NCBI GenBank assembly: GCA_965248755.1
Contig: OZ252149.1
Coordinates: 4,032,001-4,096,000, forward strand
Origin: Candidatus Latescibacterota bacterium
GTDB taxonomy: Bacteria; Latescibacterota; CBDEFO01
Direction: 5' to 3'
Length of the DNA stretch: 64,000 nucleotides
Part shown: one piece after another, positions 10,641 through 20,447 of the stretch
Layout of the letters: the number at the start of each line of letters is the position of its first letter
Position numbering within the stretch: the stretch's first letter is position 1
Notes under the pieces: generated by a model
Told to the model about the DNA's origin: nothing
Seen by the model: the letters and a program-made list of their open reading frames with translations, nothing else
The model's database searches: none
Position numbers and translations under genes: made by a program

Positions 10641-10715
10641 TAGACAGTAGACAGCAGGCAGTAGACAGGGCACCCCACCTATCCCTGTATGCTGTCTACT
10701 GTTTGCTGTCTCCCT
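10635..10715. repeat. Inverted arrays of CAGTAGA-type heptamers forming a hairpin
   Basis: CAGTAGTAGACAGTAGACAGCAGGCAGTAGACAGGG...CCCTGTATGCTGTCTACTGTTTGCTGTCT. Confidence 0.75.
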
Positions 10716-10736
10716 ATTTAGTGGAGTGTCGAAGCG

Positions 10737-11903
10737 TTGGAATTGGTGTTCCTTCTTTCCCTTGCGACTGTCGTCTACGTATATCTTGGTTATCCTTTCG
10801 CACTGGTGGTTATAAGAGCCGTAAAGGGGAAGAAGCCCCCGATTGAATCTATCGGGGGTAAAAAGCGTGATGTTACTCCCTCGGTATCTTTAGTTATCTC
10901 TGCCCATAATGAACAAGAGGTTATTGGGAAGAAGATTGAAAATAGCCTCCTTTTAGACTATCCACGGGATAAATTGGAGATTGTGGTGGCTTCGGACTGT
11001 TCCTCTGATAGAACGAATGAGATCGTCCGAAGCTATTCGGATCAAGGGATAATTCTGAATATTATTCCTCAAAGAGGGGGCAAAACTGTAGCCCAAAACG
11101 AGACTGTTCCTCTGACCAAGGGCGAAATCGTTATCTTCTCAGACGCCGATTCGATCTTTGAGAGGGATGTCATCTTAAGGCTCGCAACAAATTTCAGCGA
11201 TCCAGAGGTAGGTGCCGTCTCGGGTCGGCTCTTCTATACCAATTCAAACGAATCGGCGATGAGTTCAGGAGAGAGCCTCTACTGGAAGTACGAAAATTTG
11301 CTGAGGCAGTTGGAAAGCGATATAGGATCGTGCATCATGGCAAATGCAGCGATCTTTGCTATACGGCGTGAGTTTTACAGGCATCTCGACCCGGGGTTTT
11401 CAGAGGATTTTGTGCTCCCTCTCTGGATATCTGCCGATGGTGCAAAGTCCCTGTTCGATCCGGAGGCCGTGTGTTTTGAAAGGACGGCTGTTACCCCAAA
11501 GGACGAGTCGTCCATGAGGATCAGGACCGCTCATGGGGATTCCTACGGTCTTTTCAAGTTGAAGTGCATGTTGTCACCATTTCGACCCCTTTTGGCTTTT
11601 CAATCTATTTCCCATAAACTCCTGCGCTGGGCTGTGGGATTCTTTCTGATCTTGGCTTTCATCTCGAACGCCTTACTTCTTCACTCTTCCCCTTTGCTTC
11701 TTTATAAAATTACCTTTCTTTTGCAGTCGGCATTCTACCTGGCGGCTCTTGCCGGACTGATTCTGAACAGAAAGGGCAAAAACATGCGCCTGTTCTACCT
11801 GCCCTATTATTTCTGCGTGGTCAATATAGCCGTGTTGATAGGCTTGATGAAAAGCATTCTGGGAGTACCGTACGTGACTATATGGGAACAGAGATTAAGG
11901 TAG
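10737..11903 (+). CDS. GT2 glycosyltransferase with membrane anchors
   Basis: VISAHNEQ, ASDCSSD, FSDAD, SEDF, HKLLRW. Confidence 0.9.
   Translation: MELVFLLSLATVVYVYLGYPFALVVIRAVKGKKPPIESIGGKKRDVTPSVSLVISAHNEQEVIGKKIENSLLLDYPRDKLEIVVASDCSSDRTNEIVRSYSDQGIILNIIPQRGGKTVAQNETVPLTKGEIVIFSDADSIFERDVILRLATNFSDPEVGAVSGRLFYTNSNESAMSSGESLYWKYENLLRQLESDIGSCIMANAAIFAIRREFYRHLDPGFSEDFVLPLWISADGAKSLFDPEAVCFERTAVTPKDESSMRIRTAHGDSYGLFKLKCMLSPFRPLLAFQSISHKLLRWAVGFFLILAFISNALLLHSSPLLLYKITFLLQSAFYLAALAGLILNRKGKNMRLFYLPYYFCVVNIAVLIGLMKSILGVPYVTIWEQRLR
10837..10857. repeat. 21-nt palindromic micro-element, in frame within GT2
   Basis: CCCCGATTGAATCTATCGGGG; related copies at 3279, 13871, 34635, 38830, 57401, 57409, 59288, 59876. 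Confidence 0.85.
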
Positions 11904-11912
11904 GAGCTACAA

Positions 11913-12737
11913 ATGCGTCTCAAGGATAAGGTAGCTATCGTAACAGGAGGAGGCAGAGGGATCGGCAGCAGCATCTGTCTTGCCTTTGCGAGGGAAGGGG
12001 CAGACATCGTTGTGGCCGCCCGCACAAGCGAGGAGATCCAGGGAATATCGGCTGAACTTGAGAGGCTGGGAGGACAAGCTCTTGCCCTGAAGACGGACGT
12101 ATCTCAGAGGGAAGATGTGCGAAATATGGTGGATCGGACGATCCGAGAATTCGGGAAAGTGGATATATTGGTCAACAACGCAGGAGTCCAAGGACCCATC
12201 GGGGCTACGGTAGACACAGATATAGACTGTTGGATTGAAACTGTAAAGATCAATCTCATCGGATCGTATCTATGTTCCAAAGGTGTTCTACCATATATGA
12301 TAAAGCAGAAAAGGGGAAAGATTATAAACCTTTCAGGAGGTGGGTCTGTATCTCCAAGACCCTTTTTTTCGGCATACGGCGTGTCCAAAGCTGCGCTTGT
12401 GCGATTTACTGAGACTTTGGCGGAAGAAGTTAAAGAGTTTAACATAGACGTAAACGCCATAGCGCCGGGAGCCATAAATACCCGGATGCTCGATGAGGTA
12501 CTGGAAGCAGGAGAGTCTGCTGGAGAGAAAGCTCTTGCTCAGGCACGAAGGCAGAAGGAAAACGGGGGTGTTCCGCTGGAAAGACCGGCGGCCTTAGCCC
12601 TATTTTTAGCCTCAGATGAGTCAAACGGTCTGACTGGCAGGTTAATAAGCAGCGTCTATGACGATTGGGAGTCTATGAATATAGCCCAGGTTATGTCGTC
12701 CGAACTTTATACAGTGCGCAGGATCGATCGGATATGA
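11913..12737 (+). CDS. Short-chain dehydrogenase/reductase
   Basis: TGGGRGIG, NNAG, YGVSK. Confidence 0.92.
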   Translation: MRLKDKVAIVTGGGRGIGSSICLAFAREGADIVVAARTSEEIQGISAELERLGGQALALKTDVSQREDVRNMVDRTIREFGKVDILVNNAGVQGPIGATVDTDIDCWIETVKINLIGSYLCSKGVLPYMIKQKRGKIINLSGGGSVSPRPFFSAYGVSKAALVRFTETLAEEVKEFNIDVNAIAPGAINTRMLDEVLEAGESAGEKALAQARRQKENGGVPLERPAALALFLASDESNGLTGRLISSVYDDWESMNIAQVMSSELYTVRRIDRI

Positions 12738-13738
12738 AAATAGGTTTAGTAGGCGCGGGCGCTATAGGACAAAGAAGAGCCGAGGTGGTTGGGGAGGATG
12801 AATCTACAGAGATGGAAATCGTAGCTGATGTAGACGAGGAGAGGGCAAGGGAACTGGCCCAAAGGATACGATGCAGATGGACGACCGATCCCTCAGAGGT
12901 GGTAAACTGCGATGATGTGGATGCGGTGATTGTATCTGCCACGCCCAAATTTCTTTCTTTAATAAGTATAGCGGCTATGGAAAATGGTAAGCATGTCCTC
13001 TGTGAAAAGCCTCTGGGGAGGAACTCGAAGGAAGTCAAAGAGATGTGGGACGCAGCCTGTACAAACGGTGTGAGGCTCAAATCGGGCTTCAATCACCGCC
13101 ATCATCCGGGGATACTTAAGGCCCGAGAATTGTTCGAGATGGGCGTTATCGGGGAGTTGAATTTTGTCCGCTGTCGCTACGGACACGGAGGCAGACCGGG
13201 CTATGAGAGGGAATGGAGGGCAGACCCACAGATATCCGGAGGAGGCGAGTTGATAGATCAGGGGGTGCACGCTTTAGATCTCTTCCGCTGGTTCATGGGG
13301 GAATTCAGTCAGGTCGTGGGATTTGTAAGCACCAGATTCTGGGACATCAGTCCCTTAGAGGACAACGCCTTTGCCCTCCTCAAGACGGATAAAGATCAGA
13401 TAGCTTCTCTTCATGCGAGTTGGACCCAGTGGAAGAATATCTTTTCGTTTGAGATCTTTGGCCAGGACGGATACGTCATAGTAGACGGTTTAGGAGGTAA
13501 CTACGGTGCAGAGAAAGTAACGTTGGGTATAAGGTCCAAGTCCTCCGATCCACCAAAAGAGGAGGTCTTGGAGTTTCCAGGGTCGGACAGATCGTTCAGC
13601 TTGGAGTGGGAGGAGTTTGTGACGGCCATAAGGGATGATCGACGGATGTTAGCTGACGGATATGATGGTTGGCAGACTATGCGGCTGGTGGATGCTGTAT
13701 ATGAGTCTGCAGAAAAAGGATGTGTCGTGGAGTTGTAG
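12734..13738 (+). CDS. Gfo/Idh/MocA oxidoreductase
   Basis: GAGAIG, HVLCEKP, GGGELIDQGVH; ATGA overlap with SDR stop. Confidence 0.9.
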   Translation: MKIGLVGAGAIGQRRAEVVGEDESTEMEIVADVDEERARELAQRIRCRWTTDPSEVVNCDDVDAVIVSATPKFLSLISIAAMENGKHVLCEKPLGRNSKEVKEMWDAACTNGVRLKSGFNHRHHPGILKARELFEMGVIGELNFVRCRYGHGGRPGYEREWRADPQISGGGELIDQGVHALDLFRWFMGEFSQVVGFVSTRFWDISPLEDNAFALLKTDKDQIASLHASWTQWKNIFSFEIFGQDGYVIVDGLGGNYGAEKVTLGIRSKSSDPPKEEVLEFPGSDRSFSLEWEEFVTAIRDDRRMLADGYDGWQTMRLVDAVYESAEKGCVVEL

Positions 13739-13914
13739 ACAATATGTGTTGGTTGGCTCTTGCCTTGAGTTGTTGAGAGGCGGCGCGGCCGCTTTGCTGG
13801 GGATCCAGCAAAGCACGATGTGGGCAAAGCAATATCAACTTTTGTCGTTGAGTTTGCTTGGGGGTTTGTGCCCGATTAGATCGGGGGTCACAATGGCCAT
13901 GAAAATCGAAAGGT

Positions 13915-14925
13915 ATGTTGAAAATGGAGTGGGTAGTATGTAATCTCTGCGGGAACGACGATGCGAGGGCGGTATTTCAGGAGTGGGGGTTGAATAACGT
14001 AAAGTGTCGCAAGTGTGGATTGGTCTATGTGAATCCCAGACTCAGCCAGGAAGAACTCGACAACTTCTACCAGGGGGAGTTCTACAGCAAAGGCAAAGCA
14101 AGCCCGGAGGAAATGGAGGAAGTGTTCCCGGATTCGGAAAGGTTCGGCGTAGATAGAGAGGAATTAGCCTCTCAACTGGTGAGAATCTATACGACTTGTA
14201 AGCACGACCAAGAGAAGCGCACAGACGTTGATCTCCTTAAGATGCACGAGTTTGCGAAAATGCGAATGCTGTTAAACGAAATAAGTAGATACCGCCCGCG
14301 GGGCAGGTTCTTGGACATAGGGTGCGGCTATGGATACCTCTTGAAGTTCGCTAAAGAAGAATATGGATATGAAACTTACGGGATCGAGCCTAACAAACAG
14401 TTGGTAGAGACGTGCAGGGAGTCCAGGGGTTTGCCGAATATCTTCCACGGTACTCTGGATGAAGCCGATTACGGGAGCGGATACTTTGACGTTGTGACTA
14501 TAACGGATGTGCTGGAACATCTTCCTGATCCCACAGAAGCGTTGAGTGAAATCAACAGACTATTGGTTCCGGGGGGAGTGCTCTTGATCAAAGTGCCCAA
14601 CGCCGATTATCAGCTTCTAAAAGCGGATTTGATAACTAAGCTGAGACTGCGAAAGAAGATGGAATCGATTATAGCGTATTCAGGTCTTTTGATGCCGCAA
14701 GAGCATATCTACAATTACTCCCAGAGGACCTTGCGGAAATATCTGAGAAAGGCCGGATTTGAGCAGTTAAAGCTGATTGTCCTTCCGAGCCGACTTACGG
14801 GTTTAAGTTGGATACGGGATTCTTTCCATAGACTCTACCACATGTTTGCTAGGCTTCTTTACCGTCTCAGCTTCGGCAGGCTCAATCTCTGCGTCTGGCT
14901 GGTTATGCTGGCCCAGAAGAAGTAG
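13915..14925 (+). CDS. Class I SAM methyltransferase with N-terminal CxxC pairs
   Basis: CNLC, CRKCGLVY, LDIGCGYG, DVLEH. Confidence 0.88.
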   Translation: MLKMEWVVCNLCGNDDARAVFQEWGLNNVKCRKCGLVYVNPRLSQEELDNFYQGEFYSKGKASPEEMEEVFPDSERFGVDREELASQLVRIYTTCKHDQEKRTDVDLLKMHEFAKMRMLLNEISRYRPRGRFLDIGCGYGYLLKFAKEEYGYETYGIEPNKQLVETCRESRGLPNIFHGTLDEADYGSGYFDVVTITDVLEHLPDPTEALSEINRLLVPGGVLLIKVPNADYQLLKADLITKLRLRKKMESIIAYSGLLMPQEHIYNYSQRTLRKYLRKAGFEQLKLIVLPSRLTGLSWIRDSFHRLYHMFARLLYRLSFGRLNLCVWLVMLAQKK

Positions 14926-14989
14926 AGCCCCTCTGAAATATCTCGCTTCACCAACACAATCTGTCTCGTCTGAAAGCTCACTGCTTACT

Positions 14990-17422
14990 ATGGTAAGATA
15001 CGCCCTCTATTATGTTGTTGGCGTTTTGACTTTACCGCTTGGGATCTCCGAAGGAGTTGCCAAAAACGTTCCTGCAATGGAGTCAAAAGGTTCTGTGCCT
15101 AGCTTAGTCCAGAACGGGGACTGCGAGTTGGACAGTGACGCCGATGGTGTCCCCGACGACTGGCATCATTCGGACCGAAAGTACAGTCCTAAAACGCCTG
15201 AGGGTCGGTTCTATCTGAACATGATCAATAATTCGGCGGATTACAGGTGGGAGGAGAGAGGATATAGAAGCAATAGGTGTCTGTCGTTGGAGGTTAAATC
15301 AAAGATCTATTGGGGAGAATGGGACATAGAGGTGTCCGGCATTAAGCCTCATACCGACTATACACTTTCGTTCTGGTACTATCAGCCTGAGCGCTTCGGA
15401 CTTCAGGTTTTGATCTTCGGACGGGACATCTACGTCAAGAGGGCGAGGGATTTTCGCCAGTGGATGTACTATAGTACTGTCGTAAATTCTGGGGATTATT
15501 CCGGCGATTCGGTGATCGGATTTTTAGTTGAATATCCCAGGCAAAAGACAAAGGTGTTCATAGATAATGTGGAACTTTACAAAGGGACGATAGAGCGTCC
15601 TGATGACAGGTGGAACTTTGGGAGCTTCATAGGTCGAAATGAGGCGAGGCTCACCTATTTCACATATGACAGAGGTTATATCTCCCCCGATATAGTGGCC
15701 CCCCTTTCCTTCGGATTGAGCTTCCGCTTTCTGGATCGAATGCCTCCCTCATTAACGGTAAATTTGCATCTGCCGTTGGAAGTGGAAGTTGTCGGATACG
15801 GAGCAAAATATTGGTCGAGCATCAAGGATTGGACCCGTCTGGAAAGGACTCCCATAGATCGGGACGGAAAGCCTTATACAAGATATTCCATAATCTATCC
15901 TGTAAACCGAAACGTCTTTACTCATCCGACGCATCCGGGCTTAAAGCCGATTGTATGGTATCTTGAGACGAACCTTGAGGAGGGAGAAATTGACGCCTAC
16001 TTTTCTCTCGAGTGGGATGGGGGCAGGCAAAAGGAGCAGCGACTGCCTTTGAGGATAATCAGGATCCCGAAAGCACCTCCTTTAAAGAGGCTCAGGATCA
16101 TGGAGGATATATCGCCGGAGAATCTTTCGGATTGGCCTAAACTGCTGACGTCTTTAAAGACTATAGGCGTGAATCTGGTGATGTATAATCCGCGCTGGAC
16201 TCAAAGTTCTACCTCTTTCAATCGAATAAAAGGGGACGTGGAGAGGATTAAAGGAGCCGGATTTGGGGTCGGCACTTGGTTCAATCTTGGGAGTGCGTAC
16301 AGTTCGGACAGAGATTCGTGGGCTGTCAGTTTAGATGGAGAGCCGATTTCTCCCGATAAGGCACCTACGTGTTTCACAGATAGAGGTCTGGCTTTCAAAG
16401 AGGCATTGAGAATAGGCGAAAAGATGGTCGATTCTGGGATACGGTTTATCTTCATGGACGATGAGGGAACACCGTCGTGCTTCTGCAATGCGTGTGTGGC
16501 AAGCTTCAAAGAGTACATGACCGAAATGGACATTGAATACGTAGAGCCCGTAAGTTTTGAAAGAAAGCCGAAGGATCATCCGGATCTGCACAGATTGTGG
16601 ATGGATTTCGGAAGGTGGTCCTATGCCCGGGCTGTGAGAGATTTCCGTCTGGAGCTTTCGAATTACATGGACGCCAGAGGTATCCTGGACAAACATTTGG
16701 AGATTCTGGACGGCGGGATGGCTATCCTTCCGTACGGTAGCATCAAGGACGGGAATTTGTCGCATCCATCCAGCGATTCCAAGGTTGTAAACAGCTTTGG
16801 AGAGGCCTTTGATTTCTACGGCGAGCAGTTGTATATAAATTGCTACGATGCGTGGCTTAACGGATCTCCGAAGATGGCCGGAGACAGGCAGTCCATCCTT
16901 ACTTCGGTCTTTAGGGCCATCAGCCAGTTTCCCCTTGCGAGCGCGGGCCTTACGTATATGGATGCGATGAACGATTTTCAGCCGCATAAGTTGATGAAGT
17001 ATCAGCTTATGGAGATCCTGTCCGCCGGCGTGCAGGGGATCTATGTCTATCCGTTTATGGACGTAGACCCCATGGATATGATGTATATAGCCCAGGTTGT
17101 GAGTGGAATCGCCCCCGTGGAAGATATTGTATTCAACGGACTTCCGGAAAATATAGCGGATGTTTCGGATAGGAGTGTAAGTGCGCGCTCTCTTTTGTGG
17201 GGCGATGAGGCGTTAGTTTTGGTTTCCGATTACAGCACTATGGATGACACAGAAAAAGAAGTCACAGTCGTATGCCGCATGCACAGCAGGTCTAATATAA
17301 TAGATCTGGAAAGTGGGGATAAGATTTTGCCACTTTCTACCAGTCCTCTGACATTCAAGGTCTTCCTGGGCAAAGAACGAGCCAGGATGTTCTATGTGGG
17401 ACCAAGAGAATTGCTGAGATAG
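14990..17422 (+). CDS. Large exported protein: CBM-like N-terminus plus putative glycoside-hydrolase-like domain
   Basis: Signal-like N-terminus; LVQNGDCE..DADGVPDDW and FIDNVEL (CBM4/9-like); DDE..CFCNAC..F; start uncertain. Confidence 0.5.
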   Translation: MVRYALYYVVGVLTLPLGISEGVAKNVPAMESKGSVPSLVQNGDCELDSDADGVPDDWHHSDRKYSPKTPEGRFYLNMINNSADYRWEERGYRSNRCLSLEVKSKIYWGEWDIEVSGIKPHTDYTLSFWYYQPERFGLQVLIFGRDIYVKRARDFRQWMYYSTVVNSGDYSGDSVIGFLVEYPRQKTKVFIDNVELYKGTIERPDDRWNFGSFIGRNEARLTYFTYDRGYISPDIVAPLSFGLSFRFLDRMPPSLTVNLHLPLEVEVVGYGAKYWSSIKDWTRLERTPIDRDGKPYTRYSIIYPVNRNVFTHPTHPGLKPIVWYLETNLEEGEIDAYFSLEWDGGRQKEQRLPLRIIRIPKAPPLKRLRIMEDISPENLSDWPKLLTSLKTIGVNLVMYNPRWTQSSTSFNRIKGDVERIKGAGFGVGTWFNLGSAYSSDRDSWAVSLDGEPISPDKAPTCFTDRGLAFKEALRIGEKMVDSGIRFIFMDDEGTPSCFCNACVASFKEYMTEMDIEYVEPVSFERKPKDHPDLHRLWMDFGRWSYARAVRDFRLELSNYMDARGILDKHLEILDGGMAILPYGSIKDGNLSHPSSDSKVVNSFGEAFDFYGEQLYINCYDAWLNGSPKMAGDRQSILTSVFRAISQFPLASAGLTYMDAMNDFQPHKLMKYQLMEILSAGVQGIYVYPFMDVDPMDMMYIAQVVSGIAPVEDIVFNGLPENIADVSDRSVSARSLLWGDEALVLVSDYSTMDDTEKEVTVVCRMHSRSNIIDLESGDKILPLSTSPLTFKVFLGKERARMFYVGPRELLR

Positions 17423-17705
17423 CAAACACTCTGATTTGGAAACGTAAAGTTCAAGTTCTGAGAAGAGATAACAATTTGCCCGAACGTACGTATTCGTAGT
17501 GATGACCACTTAGTCGCTCGTGCCTCCACTCTCTGATAATACACGCTGTGCCGCGGTACCCTGCCCCAGGGGTGGCATAGCCCTGCCCTCTACGTTTAAT
17601 TCAAGTTGCCTATTTCAAGGCCTCGTAGGTTGAACCCATGTGGCAGTGGGGAGGGAGGTGTGGAGGAAGCCACGACGTTCCTGAAGAACTCTTTGGGGAA
17701 AACAG

Positions 17706-19001
17706 ATGTGGATACTATACGATCTCATCTTTCTTCTTGTTTTGATCTTAGCCCTGCCATATATCCTGCTGCTGGCGCTTTTAGGTCGAGAGAGGATGGC
17801 AGAAAGGTTGGGGCTAAAGTTGCCAACCGATATAGATGGGTTGTCCGATAAGAAGCTTATATGGGTACACGCGGCGTCTGTGGGCGAAATATCGGCGGCA
17901 GCCGCACTTGTAAGTGAGATAAAGAAGGTTCGCCCCGAATTGTACGTCGTAGTCTCTACGACTACGACGACGGGTCTTTATAGGGCAAAAGAGATAGTGT
18001 ATGGGGGAGACCTTTTCATGGTCGCCCCTTTTGACTTTTCCCCCATAGTCAAGCGTGTCATATACAGGTTAAGGCCAATGGCTCTGGTCATTATAGAGAC
18101 TGAGATATGGCCCAATTTGATAAGGGCAGCTAAAAGGAGAGGATCCCAGGTCGCTATAGTTAGCGGAAGGTTGTCCCAGAAAGGGTTCTTGCGGTACAGG
18201 ATAGCCAGAGGATGGTTTTCAAAGATACTGGTTTTGATAGACGTAGTCTGCGTTCAGTCGGAAGGGGACAAGGACAGATTCACCGCTCTGGGCGCGGATA
18301 AAAAGAGGATCAAGCTTACGGGCAATCTGAAGATAGATAGCCTGAAAGTAACATCAGATGCGAGAGGAAAAAAGTGTATCAGGAAGGATTTCGGGCTATT
18401 GGAAGATGGCAAAGTGTTGATAGCTGGCAGCACGAGACAGGGGGAGGAAGATATTATAGTGCGGGTCTTTGAGAAACTTTGCCGCCGATTCGGCGATCTG
18501 TCCTTGATAATTGCTCCTCGCCATCTGGATAGGTTGAAAGAAGTTGAAGAAATAGTTCAAACATACAACCTTCCCTACCTAAAATGGAGCGACGTGGTGC
18601 GGTCACTCCGTGTTGAGGGAAGTAACTCTCAGGTGAAATATAGCGTTATAATTCTAGATACAGTGGGAGAGCTTGCGTCCGTGTACCGGTTGGCGGATGT
18701 GGCATTTGTAGGAGGAAGTCTGATGCCACTTGGGGGGCATAACCCGTTAGAGCCAGCGGCTGTGGGAGTTCCTACCATATTCGGGAAGTACATGGATCAG
18801 GAGGGAGCATATATGCTCCTTGAAAGCGGAGCAGCGCTTAAGGTGGAGGATGAAGATGAACTCCTGATAGCCTTGGAGCGTCTCTTCGAGGATGAGGAAG
18901 AGCGGGGAAGGATGGGAGGAGCCGGGATAGATGCTATTTCAAAAGCTCAGGGCGTCGCCCCAAGGACAGTGGAACTTTTAGTGGCAAGAGGGATAATATG
19001 A
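17706..19001 (+). CDS. waaA: Kdo transferase
   Basis: WVHAASVGE, IETEIWPN, GNLK, APRHL, GGHNPLEPA. Confidence 0.93.
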   Translation: MWILYDLIFLLVLILALPYILLLALLGRERMAERLGLKLPTDIDGLSDKKLIWVHAASVGEISAAAALVSEIKKVRPELYVVVSTTTTTGLYRAKEIVYGGDLFMVAPFDFSPIVKRVIYRLRPMALVIIETEIWPNLIRAAKRRGSQVAIVSGRLSQKGFLRYRIARGWFSKILVLIDVVCVQSEGDKDRFTALGADKKRIKLTGNLKIDSLKVTSDARGKKCIRKDFGLLEDGKVLIAGSTRQGEEDIIVRVFEKLCRRFGDLSLIIAPRHLDRLKEVEEIVQTYNLPYLKWSDVVRSLRVEGSNSQVKYSVIILDTVGELASVYRLADVAFVGGSLMPLGGHNPLEPAAVGVPTIFGKYMDQEGAYMLLESGAALKVEDEDELLIALERLFEDEEERGRMGGAGIDAISKAQGVAPRTVELLVARGII

Positions 19002-19063
19002 CACGGATGCGTTATTTATCTTTTGGGGATCCCGCTGGGATCGAAGTGATGTTAAAGTTTCAT

Positions 19064-19288
19064 TTAGAACTGCCTCTTAGCGTCTTCTAAAGTGGTCTTT
19101 TGTGGTTCTCTATGGATCCAGTTGGAATTAGAGTCTCGCTTCAGTTTCAAGGGATCGGAAAAGTATCTCATAACCAGTCCAATAGGGGTTGCGAAGATGA
19201 AGTAAATAAGGGTGAGTATAACTCTCGCCTGGAAATTTCCTATTTTCTCTGCGATTATCTTCCATCTTTGCCAGAGTTTCTTAAGCAT
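19064..19288 (-). CDS. Small SxtJ-like membrane protein
   Basis: IGNFQARVILTLIYF..TPIG..DPLKL and terminal RQF. Confidence 0.65.
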   Translation of the reverse strand: MLKKLWQRWKIIAEKIGNFQARVILTLIYFIFATPIGLVMRYFSDPLKLKRDSNSNWIHREPQKTTLEDAKRQF

Positions 19289-19310
19289 CTTTAACCCTTC
19301 TTGTTTTAAG

Positions 19311-20369
19311 TCAATCTCCAAAGTCTAACTTCCCGTTCAGTCCGTCCGTATGTCTGTATTCCAATTTGCCATCTTGGATGAAGAATATGAGGGCTTCGGC
19401 ATTTTCGGTACCCTCTATGATTTCGATGGCGCTTTGCGGACCCATAACGAAGGCGGCTGTAGATAAGATGTCGGCCTCAAGAGCACTTTCCGCCCAGACA
19501 GTTGTACTTACGGACCTGTCGGAAGGATAGCCGGTTTTGGGATCCAGGATGTGGTGGTATCGCTTTCCGTCTTCTTCGAAGAACTTCTCGTAGTCGCCCG
19601 ATGTGGCGACGCATTCCAGATTAAGTCCATCGACGCCTACTAAGGTGTCTGGGATCCTGGGATGTTGCACGTAGACTCTCCACTTACTTCCATCGGGCTT
19701 GACGCCAAAGAAACCTATATCTCCTCCCGCCTCTATGAGGGCGCCTTGAACTCCGCTTTGTTCAAGGACAGATAGGGCCTTATCCACTGCATAGCCCTTA
19801 GCGACAGCAGAAAGGTCGATTTGTGCTCCTGCTGTGATGCTAATACTATTACCTTCTATATGAATATTTTCGTATCCGACCGATGTGAGCGCCTTGTCGA
19901 TTTCGTGAGGAGCAGGGACTTTTGGAGGGACAACTTCTGCAGTACGTTCTGAGTGGTGCGACCACTGCGGAGAAAAACCCCATAGCCTTCCGAGAGAGCC
20001 GACAGTTATGTCGAAAGCTCCATTTGTAAGCTGCGCGGCTTTCTGGGATTCAGTTACGACGTATAACAGTTCTTCGGAGACTGGGACAGGTCCATCTTGG
20101 GCTTTCGAGTTGATGAGCCAGAGTTCGCTCTTGTCCGAGTGGAAGCTCATCTTCTCTTCGATCCTCTGGATCTCTCGAAAGGCGCTGTCAATGAGTTTTA
20201 ACGCCTGCTTCTGGTCCTCTTCTGATACTGTGACCGCCACGAGTGTCCCCATCAGCGGACGGAGGGCAGTTTCAGGGGAGGCTTGCCCCTTATCTTTTAA
20301 TTTCCATTTTATCAGGCCCGCTACTAAGAGAACCGCGCAGATCCAGATAAGTATTTTGGCTTTAGGCAT
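19311..20369 (-). CDS. apbE: FAD:protein FMN transferase
   Basis: LMGT, GAFDITVG, AKGYAVD, ATSGDYE, HHILDP. Confidence 0.92.
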   Translation of the reverse strand: MPKAKILIWICAVLLVAGLIKWKLKDKGQASPETALRPLMGTLVAVTVSEEDQKQALKLIDSAFREIQRIEEKMSFHSDKSELWLINSKAQDGPVPVSEELLYVVTESQKAAQLTNGAFDITVGSLGRLWGFSPQWSHHSERTAEVVPPKVPAPHEIDKALTSVGYENIHIEGNSISITAGAQIDLSAVAKGYAVDKALSVLEQSGVQGALIEAGGDIGFFGVKPDGSKWRVYVQHPRIPDTLVGVDGLNLECVATSGDYEKFFEEDGKRYHHILDPKTGYPSDRSVSTTVWAESALEADILSTAAFVMGPQSAIEIIEGTENAEALIFFIQDGKLEYRHTDGLNGKLDFGD

Positions 20370-20447
20370 CCCTTTGTATTACCAAACAGTAGTTAGGGAC
20401 TTCCTCTTGCCTCTGTCCTCTGTTTACTGGCGACTTGCATTTGGGGA

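Noticed and set aside
17495..17594. Possible inverted GTAG-type REP pair
   Set aside because: Stems too degenerate and no RAYT gene nearby
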